Source of the DNA: an uncultured Candidatus Saccharibacteria bacterium
GTDB taxonomy: Bacteria; Patescibacteriota; Minisyncoccia; Phycocordibacterales; UBA918
Length of the DNA stretch: 64,000 bases
Assembly (NCBI GenBank): GCA_964350985.1
Contig: CAYGLK010000001.1
Location: 457,973 to 521,972 of the forward strand
Reading direction: 5' to 3'
Shown here: positions 38,366 to 47,785 of the stretch, in pieces
Layout: each line of letters opens with the position of its first letter
Numbering within the stretch: position 1 is the first letter of the stretch
Made by a program: the position numbers and the translations under genes
Notes under the pieces: model-generated
Databases searched by the model: none
Seen by the model: only the letters and a program-made list of their open reading frames with translations
Told to the model about the DNA's origin: nothing

Positions 38366-39535
38366 ATGGCAGAACAAATAATCACAGGAATAGATGTCGG
38401 TACCTACCACGTAAAAGTGGCTATTGCTCGTATCCCAAAAAATGCGACTGACAAAACTATCCCAGAGATTATTGGTACCGGTTACGCTGAAAGCCGTGGG
38501 CTCAAAAATGGCTATATCATTCAAAACGATGAAGTAGCTCGTAGTATTAAAAGTGCTGTTGTTCAAGCTGAAAAAGCAGCCGGTGTAATCGTTAAAAAGG
38601 CCCATGTAGCGATAGGAAGCATTGGTCTGGAGGAAACATACTCTAGAGGGGAGATTATCCCTGCTAGAGCTGATTCTGAGGTCACAGTGACTGATGTTGA
38701 GAAAGTGATGCAAGATAGTGAAGATCGCATCATCGACCACATCCCTAACCGAAAGATTCTTCACAACATCCCACTTCGCTATACGGTAGACGGAACAGAG
38801 GTACTTGGTAGACCACAGGGTATGCGAGGGACTAAGCTTGAAGTTGATGCTCTGTTTATTACCTCATACGAACAACATATCGACGACCTGATGAGTACGC
38901 TTGAGAGTATCGGTATCTATACTGAAGATATTATTGCTTCCCCACTAGCAGCTAGTTTTGTCATGCTAAACAAGAACCAGAAAAAAGCTGGTTGCCTTCT
39001 AGCTAACATTGGATCAGAAACGACTTCGATTGTAGTCTTCGAGGACTCTACTCCGATCTCACTAAAGATCTTCCCAACGGGATCCAACGATATCACCAAT
39101 GACATTGCTCTGGGACTTAAAGTCTCTATCGAAGATGCTGAGAAGATCAAGCGTGGTGGTATGACTAGCGCAACCTACTCAAAGAAAAGACTGGATGAGA
39201 TTATTCAAGGACGTCTCACTACCATTTTTAATCTAGTTGATTCTCACCTAAAGAAGATCAAGCGTGACGGTTTACTTCCAGCTGGAATCATCCTCACTGG
39301 AGGCGGGTCTAACACTCACGGAATAGCCGAAGTTGCTAAAACAACCCTCTCACTCCCTGCCCGAACAGCCACTTTAGAAATTGGAAAAAATACTAAAGTT
39401 AAAGATGCGACTTGGGCTGTAGCTTACGGACTATGTATGTGGGGTGCCAGCGACACCGAAGACACATCTACTCTCGGCATTGTAAAACAAACTAAAAAAA
39501 GTATTTTCTCTTGGTTCAATCAATTCCTTCCGTAA
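38366..39535 (+). CDS. ftsA: Cell-division protein FtsA
   Basis: 389 aa. Actin-fold N-terminus ITGIDVGTYHVKVAI, immediately upstream of ftsZ. Confidence 0.8.
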   Translation: MAEQIITGIDVGTYHVKVAIARIPKNATDKTIPEIIGTGYAESRGLKNGYIIQNDEVARSIKSAVVQAEKAAGVIVKKAHVAIGSIGLEETYSRGEIIPARADSEVTVTDVEKVMQDSEDRIIDHIPNRKILHNIPLRYTVDGTEVLGRPQGMRGTKLEVDALFITSYEQHIDDLMSTLESIGIYTEDIIASPLAASFVMLNKNQKKAGCLLANIGSETTSIVVFEDSTPISLKIFPTGSNDITNDIALGLKVSIEDAEKIKRGGMTSATYSKKRLDEIIQGRLTTIFNLVDSHLKKIKRDGLLPAGIILTGGGSNTHGIAEVAKTTLSLPARTATLEIGKNTKVKDATWAVAYGLCMWGASDTEDTSTLGIVKQTKKSIFSWFNQFLP

Positions 39536-39672
39536 TAAAATAGATAAGTTGTCAATCACACACGCATCAATAATGTCAATATCGTGACAGATACTTTTTA
39601 AAGATGTATGATTGTGGAGCTTATTAAATAAATGTACTCAGGGGTGGGTACGAGCATTTTTACAACAAATTT

Positions 39673-40914
39673 ATGGAACAAATAAAATCAGACGTGGAAT
39701 CATTCGCACGTATTCGAGTAGTCGGAGTTGGAGGCTCTGGAAACAACGCCGTGAACTACATGGTGACCTCTAAAGTAAAAGGAGTTGAGTTTATTGCTAT
39801 TAACAGTGACTCTCAAGACCTACATCACTCACTAGCAAAAAAGAAAATTCACGTAGGTAAGAACCTAACTCGTGGACTAGGTGCTGGAGGTAATCCTGAT
39901 CTAGGACGAAGAGCTGCTGAAGAAACTCGTGAAGAGATTGCAAACGCAATCAAGGGATCAGACATGATCTTCGTTACTTGTGGAATGGGAGGTGGAACAG
40001 GTACAGGAGCTGCTCCAGTTGTAGCGAAGATCGCTCGAGAGAGTGGCGCGCTAACTGTTGGAGTTGTAACTAAGCCTTTCTTATTTGAAGGACAAGAAAG
40101 AATGCGTTTAGCACTTCAAGGTATTGAAGAACTTAAAAAAGAAGTGGACGCGCTCATCACCATCCCTAACGACAGACTCCTAGCAATCGTAGATCGTGAG
40201 ACTACTGTGCAAAACGCTTTCCAACAATGTGACAATGTACTTAAACAAGCGGTTGAAGGTATATCTGACCTTATTACAATGCCAGGTATCATCAACGTCG
40301 ACTTCGCCGATATCCGTAGTGTGATGGAGAACGCTGGTTCAGCCTTAATGGGTGTTGGAATTTCAACAGGAGAAAAGCGAGCCGAAGAAGCTGCGCAAGG
40401 AGCTATCAACTCTCCCCTACTTGAAGTTTCTATTACTGGAGCTAAGGGTGTCCTCTTTGCCATTGCTGGTGGAGACGACCTAGCGATGCTTGAGATCCAA
40501 GACGCTGCACGAGTAATCACTGAATCAATTGATCCACACGCTAAAGTTATCTTTGGAGCTATTAAAGATGACAAGCTAAAGAAGAACGAAATCAAGGTCA
40601 CAGTTATTGCGACTGGTTTCCCTGAAGAATCTTATTCCTCACAGACAACCATCTCAAGAAGAGTACCGACAGCTGCACCAGCTCGAGTTGAGCCAGAAGA
40701 AGCAGTGGCTTCAGAACCTTCTACACGAGGAAGAATCTTTAATTCTTTAACGACTCCGCGTCGACCAGAACCAGAAGCTAGTGAGGCACCAGCCGCACCA
40801 GCAAACAACGACATTCCGAAACGTGATCCAAAGCCAGTAGATCCAATCGAAGAAGACGATGGCGACGACTGGGGGGCAGTCCCTGCATTCCTTCGCCGGT
40901 CAAAACTAAAGTAG
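39673..40914 (+). CDS. ftsZ: Cell-division GTPase FtsZ
   Basis: 413 aa. [10 protein letters not shown], tubulin signature [17 protein letters not shown], and the C-terminal tail peptide [11 protein letters not shown]. Confidence 0.9.
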   Translation: MEQIKSDVESFARIRVVGVGGSGNNAVNYMVTSKVKGVEFIAINSDSQDLHHSLAKKKIHVGKNLTRGLGAGGNPDLGRRAAEETREEIANAIKGSDMIFVTCGMGGGTGTGAAPVVAKIARESGALTVGVVTKPFLFEGQERMRLALQGIEELKKEVDALITIPNDRLLAIVDRETTVQNAFQQCDNVLKQAVEGISDLITMPGIINVDFADIRSVMENAGSALMGVGISTGEKRAEEAAQGAINSPLLEVSITGAKGVLFAIAGGDDLAMLEIQDAARVITESIDPHAKVIFGAIKDDKLKKNEIKVTVIATGFPEESYSSQTTISRRVPTAAPARVEPEEAVASEPSTRGRIFNSLTTPRRPEPEASEAPAAPANNDIPKRDPKPVDPIEEDDGDDWGAVPAFLRRSKLK

Positions 40915-41069
40915 GAGATTTATTTCTACCTAATAAATAATATTTACTAGGTAGTAGGGACTGCCGGGCGCAGCGATACGAGTCGCCCCCCTCCTAGGGC
41001 GACGAGACAGCGAGCCGAGGTCACGAGCACTTAGTAGATTTGGAACGTAGTGAACAAATATACTTAGTG

Positions 41070-41117
41070 ACTTGGGACCAGTGCCAGCATTTCTGCGTCG
41101 TTCAAAGCTCAAGTAAT
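41070..41117 (+). repeat. Degenerate duplicate of the ftsZ 3' end, encoding ..[15 protein letters not shown]
   Basis: gacttgggaccagtgccagcatttctgcgtcgttcaaagctcaagtaa compared with the ftsZ 3' end gactggggggcagtccctgcattccttcgccggtcaaaactaaagtag. An in-frame TGA lies 19 codons upstream. Confidence 0.55.
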
Positions 41118-41280
41118 TGAGCTAGAAAAGACGCGGCCGGTGCGGCGGACTCATTGAGGGCTTTTGTGAGAATTCACAAAACAAAAGAACCAATGAGTGG
41201 ACAGCTCCTGTAAGGAGCCAACGAAGTCCACTTCACTACCAAATCTATATATACTTAGGTAAAACTTTATGGGAGATAGT

Positions 41281-41312
41281 TTTACGGGGACCAGTGCCGG
41301 AAAACTTAAATA
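41281..41312 (+). repeat. Second, internally deleted duplicate of the ftsZ tail region (ggggaccagtgccgg...aaacttaaataa)
   Basis: Shares gggaccagtgcc with the copy at 41070. Confidence 0.45.
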
Positions 41313-41425
41313 AACTGACTCTATTTGAAAAACAAAACCCTCAGTTGACTGGAGGGTTTTGTTTTAAAGACAGAACCGAAGATTGTGGTGGTGGTATAAT
41401 TACACAAGTTTAATAACAAATAATT

Positions 41426-42745
41426 ATGAATAAAATTTTTCTAAATACTAAAGTTGTAGTAGTCCTACTAGTCGTCTTAGTCGCTGGTTTAGTTAACAAC
41501 ACTGCAGAAGCAAAAGCTAATTTTAGCAACAAAGTCACTTCTTTAGAAAAATCGTATACTGAAGGTGATCAAATCTCTTTTAATATAACCGGAACAGACT
41601 CAGATAGGAAAAAACTGACTAAAGACCTTGGTTATCACGTTCAGTTTAATGTTGTCCGAAAAAATTCCAAAGACTCAAACGGTGTTGGTTTTAACGCTGA
41701 ATACAGCTATGAACTAAATCAATGGGTGGGAAAATTTCTTGCACCAGAAGTAGGAACTTACAAAATTGAAATTGTGCTTTATTGCGCTACGGAAAAATGT
41801 GACCGTAATAATTACTCAGATTCTCAGCAAGTTATTAAAAAATCCTTTAGTGTAAAAAAGTCTAAGTCTAAGAAATTTAAAAACTCTACCGTTCTTAACG
41901 AAGGATATGTAACTAACGATTTTGCCAGTGATCAAAATCCAGCTATAGCAGAGCTTGTAGACGGAAGCTTCGTTGTATATTACAACTCAAGCACTCCTGA
42001 AGGAACTAATGGAATATTCGTAACAACATCAAAAGATGGTAAAAAGTGGACAAAGCCAAAGTTCTTTTCAGACAGCTGGGGAAATCTTAATGCCATAGCA
42101 GATAGAAAATATAATTTATTACTTCAAACCGGCGCTGAAGGTGGATTGTCAATTATAAATAACAAGAAAAAAGAGAGATCAGTTAAACCTACTGTTGCCA
42201 ATGACAGCGTTGGTTCAATAATAAAAGCGAAGGATGGATACTACTACGTTAGCTACAGCTCGAACAATCCAACCAATGTATATTTAACTAGGACAAAAAA
42301 CTTAAAAAGCTGGTCAAAACCAATTAAAATTTCTTCTGGATCAGACTTTGAGTTTGATTCATCTCTAACCCAAATGAATGATGGTTCATTTTATGTAGCC
42401 TACAACAGCTACTCAGACAAAGGGGTGAGCATTAAATACTCAACAGATGGAAAAAAATGGAAATCGGAAAAGACATTCCTCACTAAAACTGATGCCCAAA
42501 GTGGAATCTCAATGGTAGTTGTAAATAGCAGACCGGTAGTCTTTTGGTCTTCAAATTACATTACATATTACAGTTACAAAACAGCAACTGGTTGGACGAC
42601 ACCTGAGGTAGCTTTGACGGGAACCCCTCTTGGTATCGATCCAATAGTAAGTAAAGACGGCACTATTATTGCAGTTTATGCGACAGAACAAAATAATCAA
42701 CGAGATATAAAGATTAAAAACCTAGGCACACTCAACATAAAATAG
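41426..42745 (+). CDS. Secreted BNR/Asp-box repeat protein (sialidase-like beta-propeller)
   Basis: 439 aa. Signal peptide, then repeated S-x-D-G-x-x-W motifs (SKDGKKWT, STDGKKWK). A terminator follows at 41335-41366. Confidence 0.5.
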   Translation: MNKIFLNTKVVVVLLVVLVAGLVNNTAEAKANFSNKVTSLEKSYTEGDQISFNITGTDSDRKKLTKDLGYHVQFNVVRKNSKDSNGVGFNAEYSYELNQWVGKFLAPEVGTYKIEIVLYCATEKCDRNNYSDSQQVIKKSFSVKKSKSKKFKNSTVLNEGYVTNDFASDQNPAIAELVDGSFVVYYNSSTPEGTNGIFVTTSKDGKKWTKPKFFSDSWGNLNAIADRKYNLLLQTGAEGGLSIINNKKKERSVKPTVANDSVGSIIKAKDGYYYVSYSSNNPTNVYLTRTKNLKSWSKPIKISSGSDFEFDSSLTQMNDGSFYVAYNSYSDKGVSIKYSTDGKKWKSEKTFLTKTDAQSGISMVVVNSRPVVFWSSNYITYYSYKTATGWTTPEVALTGTPLGIDPIVSKDGTIIAVYATEQNNQRDIKIKNLGTLNIK

Positions 42746-42794
42746 ATAAAAATATTACCCTTGCGTTAACCGGGAATAATTGAGGTCCTGGAAT

Positions 42795-42847
42795 GTTTTG
42801 TTTTTTACCCTTATGCGGTAAAATAGCACCACTAGAAAATAATTTTG
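42795..42847 (+). repeat. 53-bp direct repeat, copy 1, carrying a promoter-like TTTGTT..TAAAAT and ending in the TTG used as the CDPS start
   Basis: gttttgttttttacccttatgcggtaaaatagcaccactagaaaataattttg. Copy 2 at 44182-44234 has one mismatch. Confidence 0.7.
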
Positions 42848-43543
42848 AGAGATTTCGTGAGAATAGAAAATTATCTAAACACCGATAAGGACGATTTAAA
42901 ATCTAGAAAATTTAATATTTTTGTTGGAGTTAGCCTTGGAAGCAAGTATTTTTCAAAAGAAAGAATTAAGGATTATTTGCTGTGGGCCTTAGCGCATACA
43001 AAGGAAAAAGTTGCCGTTCTCATTCCAGACAAAATACATGCGGTAAACCATGAAGTGAGGAGCAGTTACTCCAAAGAGCGTGCAAAAAACCTATCGTTTA
43101 GAGAGGGTGAAGAAGTTAAAGAAATTGTCGAAACCATCTTGTCAGAAATTGAACCTGAGAAGCGTTCGCTTGTGAATATTTTAAAGTGGGAAAATATTGA
43201 GACGAAAGAACATAAATCTATAGTAAAGATTTTACACAAGGAATTTAAGAATAATATAAACTTTAGAAACTCAATCATCGAAATAGTGAAGGATAGTATG
43301 AAATCAAAGAAGTTGACCGACTCTGATTATGAAAGACTTGCTGTTTACCCTCTCGAAGAGTTACCTATGCTAATTAATGGAATTGTACATAATGAATTGA
43401 TGTATACTTTACTTCCGTATCCTGGAACATCTAAAATTGATTATCTGGCGATTGACTTACAGGAAGGATTGAGTTTTCCTGAAGTAACAAATAAAATAAA
43501 GACAGGGAGAAAACTTCATCTAATCGAAGCTTATGCAACATGA
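42845..43543 (+). CDS. Cyclodipeptide synthase (tRNA-dependent), XYP subfamily
   Basis: 232 aa. FVGVSLGSKYFS....LLWA aligns with AlbC LIGISAGNSYFS....LQWA and YvmC LVGISPFNSRFS, including the catalytic Ser. VYPLEELP...TLLPYPG aligns with YvmC EYVIAELP...TLLAYHR, covering the Y, E and YP positions. Position 40 is S rather than N, and YP replaces YH, which marks the XYP subfamily. The start is TTG (or the GTG five codons in). Confidence 0.7.
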   Translation: MRDFVRIENYLNTDKDDLKSRKFNIFVGVSLGSKYFSKERIKDYLLWALAHTKEKVAVLIPDKIHAVNHEVRSSYSKERAKNLSFREGEEVKEIVETILSEIEPEKRSLVNILKWENIETKEHKSIVKILHKEFKNNINFRNSIIEIVKDSMKSKKLTDSDYERLAVYPLEELPMLINGIVHNELMYTLLPYPGTSKIDYLAIDLQEGLSFPEVTNKIKTGRKLHLIEAYAT

Positions 43544-44091
43544 CCATGGAACACAGACCAAATAAATTTGGAGCAGAAAAATCTATTGAGAATGTAGATT
43601 TTCGAATCGTTGAAAAAAATGAACAAGTCAAAAAAAACTTAATGGATCTTTTACATGAATATCCAAACCATTTTATTCCTGGACTCTTTGAAAAAACAGC
43701 TGAAAAAGATTTTGATGCTTCCGATGTTATGTTGGCATACGATGGAGACACACCTGTTGGATGTCTTATGTTCAATAGGTCAACTAAAGAATTTAATTGG
43801 TTAGCAGTTACGCGAGATACAAAAATGCGTAGATCAGAAATTGCTAGGAGTCTTTTTGAAAGCTTTTATCCAACCATTGAATCAGGGACAAAAGTCGTCG
43901 CTTTTCCAAATACTGAAGATGCATCCATTCCAGGTCAACCAACCTTTTCCGGTCAGAATTTTGATGCTGCGAGAAAACTATACAGATCAATGGGTTGGGA
44001 TATGAGTGAAGAGAATAGAGTCGAAAATAAATATGGCGAAGGTGCCCACGTTTATAGAGTAGAATGGGTTCCAAACAAAAATCCTGAATAA
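43540..44091 (+). CDS. GNAT-like acetyltransferase, translationally coupled to the CDPS gene (ATGA overlap)
   Basis: 183 aa. ..VGCLMFNRSTKEFNWLAVTRDTKMRRSEIARSLFESF.. resembles the GNAT beta4-alpha3 core, but the Gly motif is atypical. Confidence 0.4.
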   Translation: MTMEHRPNKFGAEKSIENVDFRIVEKNEQVKKNLMDLLHEYPNHFIPGLFEKTAEKDFDASDVMLAYDGDTPVGCLMFNRSTKEFNWLAVTRDTKMRRSEIARSLFESFYPTIESGTKVVAFPNTEDASIPGQPTFSGQNFDAARKLYRSMGWDMSEENRVENKYGEGAHVYRVEWVPNKNPE

Positions 44092-44181
44092 CAATAGAAA
44101 CCCATTTTGTACTAAAATGACGTTGATGATTGGTTACTAAAAAGACTCTTACTTAAACAAAACCTTTCAGTTAACTGAAAG

Positions 44182-44234
44182 GTTTTGTTTTTTACCCTTA
44201 TGCGGTAAAATAGCACCACTACAAAATAATTTTG
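44182..44234 (+). repeat. 53-bp direct repeat, copy 2, immediately upstream of and overlapping the trxB start. A terminator hairpin lies at 44155-44181.
   Basis: gttttgttttttacccttatgcggtaaaatagcaccactacaaaataattttg. Confidence 0.7.
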
Positions 44235-45164
44235 CCTTTTATGTTTGAATTGACGATTATCGGTGGCGGACCAGCTGGAACAGCGGCCGGAGTCTACGCG
44301 TCTCGAAAACAACTAAAAACTCTCTTGGTAACCAAAGAATGGGGTGGCCAAAGTACTGTCTCTCCAGATATTCAAAACTGGATTGGTACCACCTCTATTG
44401 CTGGCGACAAATTAGCCTCTGACCTTAAAGGTCACCTAGAGGCCTATGCTGGTGATTACGTCACTGTTAAGGGTAATTCTTTAGTTACAACCATCACTAA
44501 GTCAGAAGCTGGCTTCTCAGTCACTCTAGACTCAGGTGAAACTTTCGAAACTAAAACAATCTTAGTTGCCAGCGGATCAAAGCGTCGCCAATTACCCGCT
44601 AAGAATGCAGACATTTTCGAACACAAAGGTCTAACCTACTGTGCTAGTTGCGATGGACCATTGTTTAGTGGACAAGATGTAGTTGTTATCGGTGGCGGTA
44701 ATGCTGCTTTTGAAACAGCTGCTCAGCTACTTGCCTACACTAAGAGTGTTACCTTGCTGCAACGCGGTGGTATCTACAAAGCTGATCCAGTAACGGTAGA
44801 GAAAGTACTCAGTCACCCAAACATGACTGGCGTACTAAATGCTCAAGTAACTGAAGTTTCTGGTGACAAATTTGTTTCTGGACTAACCTACTTAGACGGA
44901 CAAACAAATGAAAGTACGGAGATTAAAGCTACTGGTATATTTGTTGAGATCGGAATGATTCCAAACACTGACTACTTAAAAAACGTAGTTGAACTAGATC
45001 AGTACCAAAGAGTAGCGATTGACCCATGGTCTCAGAAGACAAACACTCCTGGTATCTGGGCAGCTGGTGATTGTACCAACGTGCTCTACCACCAAAATAA
45101 CATCGCTGCTGGCGATGCTGTACGGGCACTAGAAGACATCTACGTTACACTAAAGACTAAGTAA
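44232..45164 (+). CDS. trxB: Thioredoxin reductase
   Basis: 310 aa. FAD site IIGGGPAGTAAGVYA, redox CASCDG, NADPH site GGGNAAFE. The start is the TTG at 44232 or the ATG at 44241. Confidence 0.85.
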   Translation: MPFMFELTIIGGGPAGTAAGVYASRKQLKTLLVTKEWGGQSTVSPDIQNWIGTTSIAGDKLASDLKGHLEAYAGDYVTVKGNSLVTTITKSEAGFSVTLDSGETFETKTILVASGSKRRQLPAKNADIFEHKGLTYCASCDGPLFSGQDVVVIGGGNAAFETAAQLLAYTKSVTLLQRGGIYKADPVTVEKVLSHPNMTGVLNAQVTEVSGDKFVSGLTYLDGQTNESTEIKATGIFVEIGMIPNTDYLKNVVELDQYQRVAIDPWSQKTNTPGIWAAGDCTNVLYHQNNIAAGDAVRALEDIYVTLKTK

Positions 45165-45186
45165 TCGCTCAAATATTAAAATACGT

Positions 45187-45212
45187 AAAAGGCGCCCCTC
45201 CAGGCGCCTTTT
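45187..45212. terminator. Hairpin aaaaggcgcccctccaggcgcctttt after trxB
   Basis: Perfect GC stem. Confidence 0.65.
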
Positions 45213-45469
45213 ACTTTGTACAACGTAGAGTTTTGGCCTGCGCGCTTTGCCCTTAAAGAGCGTTGTATTAGAGATACATTACCACCGCGCAAACCTACAA
45301 ACAGCTTCTCATAGATTAGTAAGTAGAGTCAATCGGTTAATAAAAGCTTATTTACAGCCACACTGTGTATAAAGGTGTGTAAAAACCATGCATAACTGTG
45401 TGTAAAGGTTTTGTATAACTATGAGTAAAACTACTTGACTCGGTTTAGAAAATACTTTGAGATTTATGC

Positions 45470-46228
45470 TTATCCAGCAAAGAAAGTCCCCACGTAGTAA
45501 GCGATCAAAGCAGCTGCTACTCCAACAGTAACTACTTCTACCATTGCTGCCATCAGAGCTCCTCCTACCACTCGCCACTTTAGGAGACCAAGTAAGATCA
45601 AAGCGAAGAAAGTTCCGATCACTGAAAGTGTAAATACATTTGAAACCGTTCCCTCAGGAATAAAAATAAATGGTAGAAGTGGAATGACTCCAAAAACCAT
45701 GAAGGATAAGAAAGTAGCTGTTCCTGTCATGACTGGGTTTGATCCACGCGGATCAGCCATTTCCAACTTGTGGTTCATCATAAAGTCCACTAAGTACTCA
45801 TGGTTCTTTCCATAGATAGAAGCCAGTGTTTCAGCGTCTTCTGGAGTAAAGCCTTTTTCCATCATCAAAGCTACAGCAGCAGCTCGTTCCCCTGCTGGAT
45901 TATTTTTTAAATGTGCCTCTTCTTTCACTCTAGCTGCGTTATACAGATCCTTCTCTGACCGTACTGACAAGAAGTTTCCTAGACCCATAGAGGCAGCGTC
46001 AGCAAAAAGATTAGCCAAACCGAACAAAAGCACGACCACAAAAGTTAACTGTGTAGAGGTGTCGCTTGAGACTGCTGCACCGGCAAAACCAGCCACAACC
46101 GCAAAAGTAGTAATAATTCCATCAATTCCTCCGTAGATTACCTCTGTAAAATACTCTGCTAAAGGTGAAGTCTTCTTCACTTCCACTCCTTGATTGTTGG
46201 TTAAATTCATATGAAAAAAGTATAACAC
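45470..46228 (-). CDS. VIT1/CCC1-family membrane protein (putative Fe/Mn transporter)
   Basis: Hallmark YGGIDGIITTFAVVAG near the N-terminus and C-terminal TM helices. The start is probably the internal MNLTNN. Confidence 0.6.
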   Translation of the reverse strand: MLYFFHMNLTNNQGVEVKKTSPLAEYFTEVIYGGIDGIITTFAVVAGFAGAAVSSDTSTQLTFVVVLLFGLANLFADAASMGLGNFLSVRSEKDLYNAARVKEEAHLKNNPAGERAAAVALMMEKGFTPEDAETLASIYGKNHEYLVDFMMNHKLEMADPRGSNPVMTGTATFLSFMVFGVIPLLPFIFIPEGTVSNVFTLSVIGTFFALILLGLLKWRVVGGALMAAMVEVVTVGVAAALIAYYVGTFFAG

Positions 46229-46290
46229 GATATTAAAACCCTAGAAATTTTCCCTATTTTTGCTACTATAGTGGCCGTAGCGAAGATACT

Positions 46291-46362
46291 GGCCCTATCG
46301 TATAACGGCTAGTACACAGGATTCTCATTCCTGGAATCGGAGTTCGATTCTCCGTAGGGTCA
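46291..46362 (+). tRNA. tRNA-Glu (anticodon CTC)
   Basis: Acceptor GGCCCTA/TAGGGTC, anticodon stem CAGGA/TCCTG, loop TTCTCAT, T-arm GGAG-TTCGATT-CTCC. A terminator hairpin follows. Confidence 0.8.
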
Positions 46363-46586
46363 CGAGTACAAAAAAGCGCACCTTAGGGCGCCTTTTTTGT
46401 TCGTGATCCCGCAACTAAACAGTCTGGAGGAATGTTTACGTGAGAATCGAAAAACTTTTGAGATATTTCAGAAATGAAGTGAAAGATTATACTTTGTGAT
46501 TCGTGACCACAAAATAATATTGATTTCATAGTTTTAAAAAAGAGACCAGTGTCTTGCACCAGCCTCTTTTGTGGTTTGTGAAACTA

Positions 46587-47015
46587 TTACCATCCACTAT
46601 CATTTGCCGGCCCTTCTTTGAGACCGTGGTATATGAACCATAAGCTAGTACAAATGACAGGAATGCTCACAAGGTATGCCCAGAGAGTATTTTCTTGAAG
46701 TGCGTATTTCCCGGCAACTACGCCCCATACGAGACATGTGACAGAAACAGAAACAGTGAAGCCTTTGGCCAGTCCACCTGTAGGAACACGTCCGGTCATT
46801 TTTTCACCGACCAGCCAGTAGATTGAACAAAAAAGTATGAACGAAAACACGCTTCCTGCTATCCAGTCGTGAATCAATTCACGTGGAAGTACATAACCCG
46901 TACCGAGGCAGAACATTGCAGCAGCTAGTGTTAAACAAATAGATACGTTTCTGTCCTTTCTTTCCCAGCTACTTAAGTCTTTTTTCATGACATCGCCTCC
47001 TCTTAGTAAGAACAA
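46587..47015 (-). CDS. Hypothetical membrane protein
   Basis: 142 aa with four predicted TM helices. The likely start is MKKDLSSWERK. Confidence 0.4.
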   Translation of the reverse strand: MFLLRGGDVMKKDLSSWERKDRNVSICLTLAAAMFCLGTGYVLPRELIHDWIAGSVFSFILFCSIYWLVGEKMTGRVPTGGLAKGFTVSVSVTCLVWGVVAGKYALQENTLWAYLVSIPVICTSLWFIYHGLKEGPANDSGW

Positions 47016-47099
47016 ATAGTCTTAGCTATATTATCTTTTTGTATATAAATGTCAAAGCGACTCATTTTATTGATTCAATAAAAATTGAATTGAATAAAT

Positions 47100-47127
47100 G
47101 GTTCCAATTCGTACTACATAGGGTCAC
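47100..47127 (+). repeat. 28-nt box GGTTCCAATTCGTACTACATAGGGTCAC, copy 1. Its 3' half matches the tRNA-Glu 3' end (TAGGGTCAC). A perfect terminator hairpin follows at 47150-47190.
   Basis: Direct sequence identity with copies at 50565, 51241 and 51667 (the last is degenerate). Confidence 0.7.
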
Positions 47128-47199
47128 CAATTCGTGCTAGCACGAGAAGCATACAAAAATAGCTCCGAAAGGAGCTATTTTTGTATGCTTACTGCCAGA

Positions 47200-47781
47200 T
47201 TAGCCAACCTGTCTTATCCAGTCACGAGTTATGCTATGAATTCTACCTATTTCAATTTCAGGCAAAATCCCCGTATGCATTATTATATTTCTTGATAATT
47301 CAAGGTCGTTAAATCGAGAAGAAATCCAATGTTGATCAGGAAAAAGGTCTGAAAAATCTTCCCAATTATTCACAATGATTTGTGAAAGATTACCAAACAT
47401 CGTATATCCAATGAGAGAAGAGCTTCTTTGAGCATGGTATTTATTTTTCTCCTCTTTTGTTCTCAAATCATTTGCTGATTTTTTTACCCTTTCAGGGACA
47501 CAAATATCCCACCAAGCCTGCCCTTTTCTATCTGCAAGCCGATCTTCAATAAGGTCTCTTACCGCATTCTCTAGACAAAAGAAAACCTCATAAACATTTC
47601 CCATATTTTTCGCCTTGTTCAACAAAACTGGGCTAAAATCACTTTCTTCAATCGTAGCTAATTCAGTTTTATTCTCTATTCCAACTTCAATCCCTTCTTT
47701 TGCTAGAGACAATAGATCGTCTGTAGCCAAGATTCCGTTGAAAGCTAACTTTTTTAAAGATTTAATGTGTCTAGCTTCCAT
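47200..47781 (-). CDS. HEPN-domain protein (Rx4H motif SRNIIMH), Abi/Swt1-like putative RNase
   Basis: 193 aa. The C-terminal Rx4-6H motif is the HEPN hallmark. It is the second gene of a two-gene operon. Confidence 0.45.
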   Translation of the reverse strand: MEARHIKSLKKLAFNGILATDDLLSLAKEGIEVGIENKTELATIEESDFSPVLLNKAKNMGNVYEVFFCLENAVRDLIEDRLADRKGQAWWDICVPERVKKSANDLRTKEEKNKYHAQRSSSLIGYTMFGNLSQIIVNNWEDFSDLFPDQHWISSRFNDLELSRNIIMHTGILPEIEIGRIHSITRDWIRQVG

Positions 47782-47785
47782 ATAC

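Noticed and set aside
45340-45440. Direct 15-bp repeats actgtgtataaaggt and actgtgtgtaaaggt upstream of the VIT-family gene, as iteron or regulator sites
   Set aside because: There are only two copies, and no cognate metal-responsive regulator gene is nearby. They are plausible Fur- or MntR-type sites, but unsupported.
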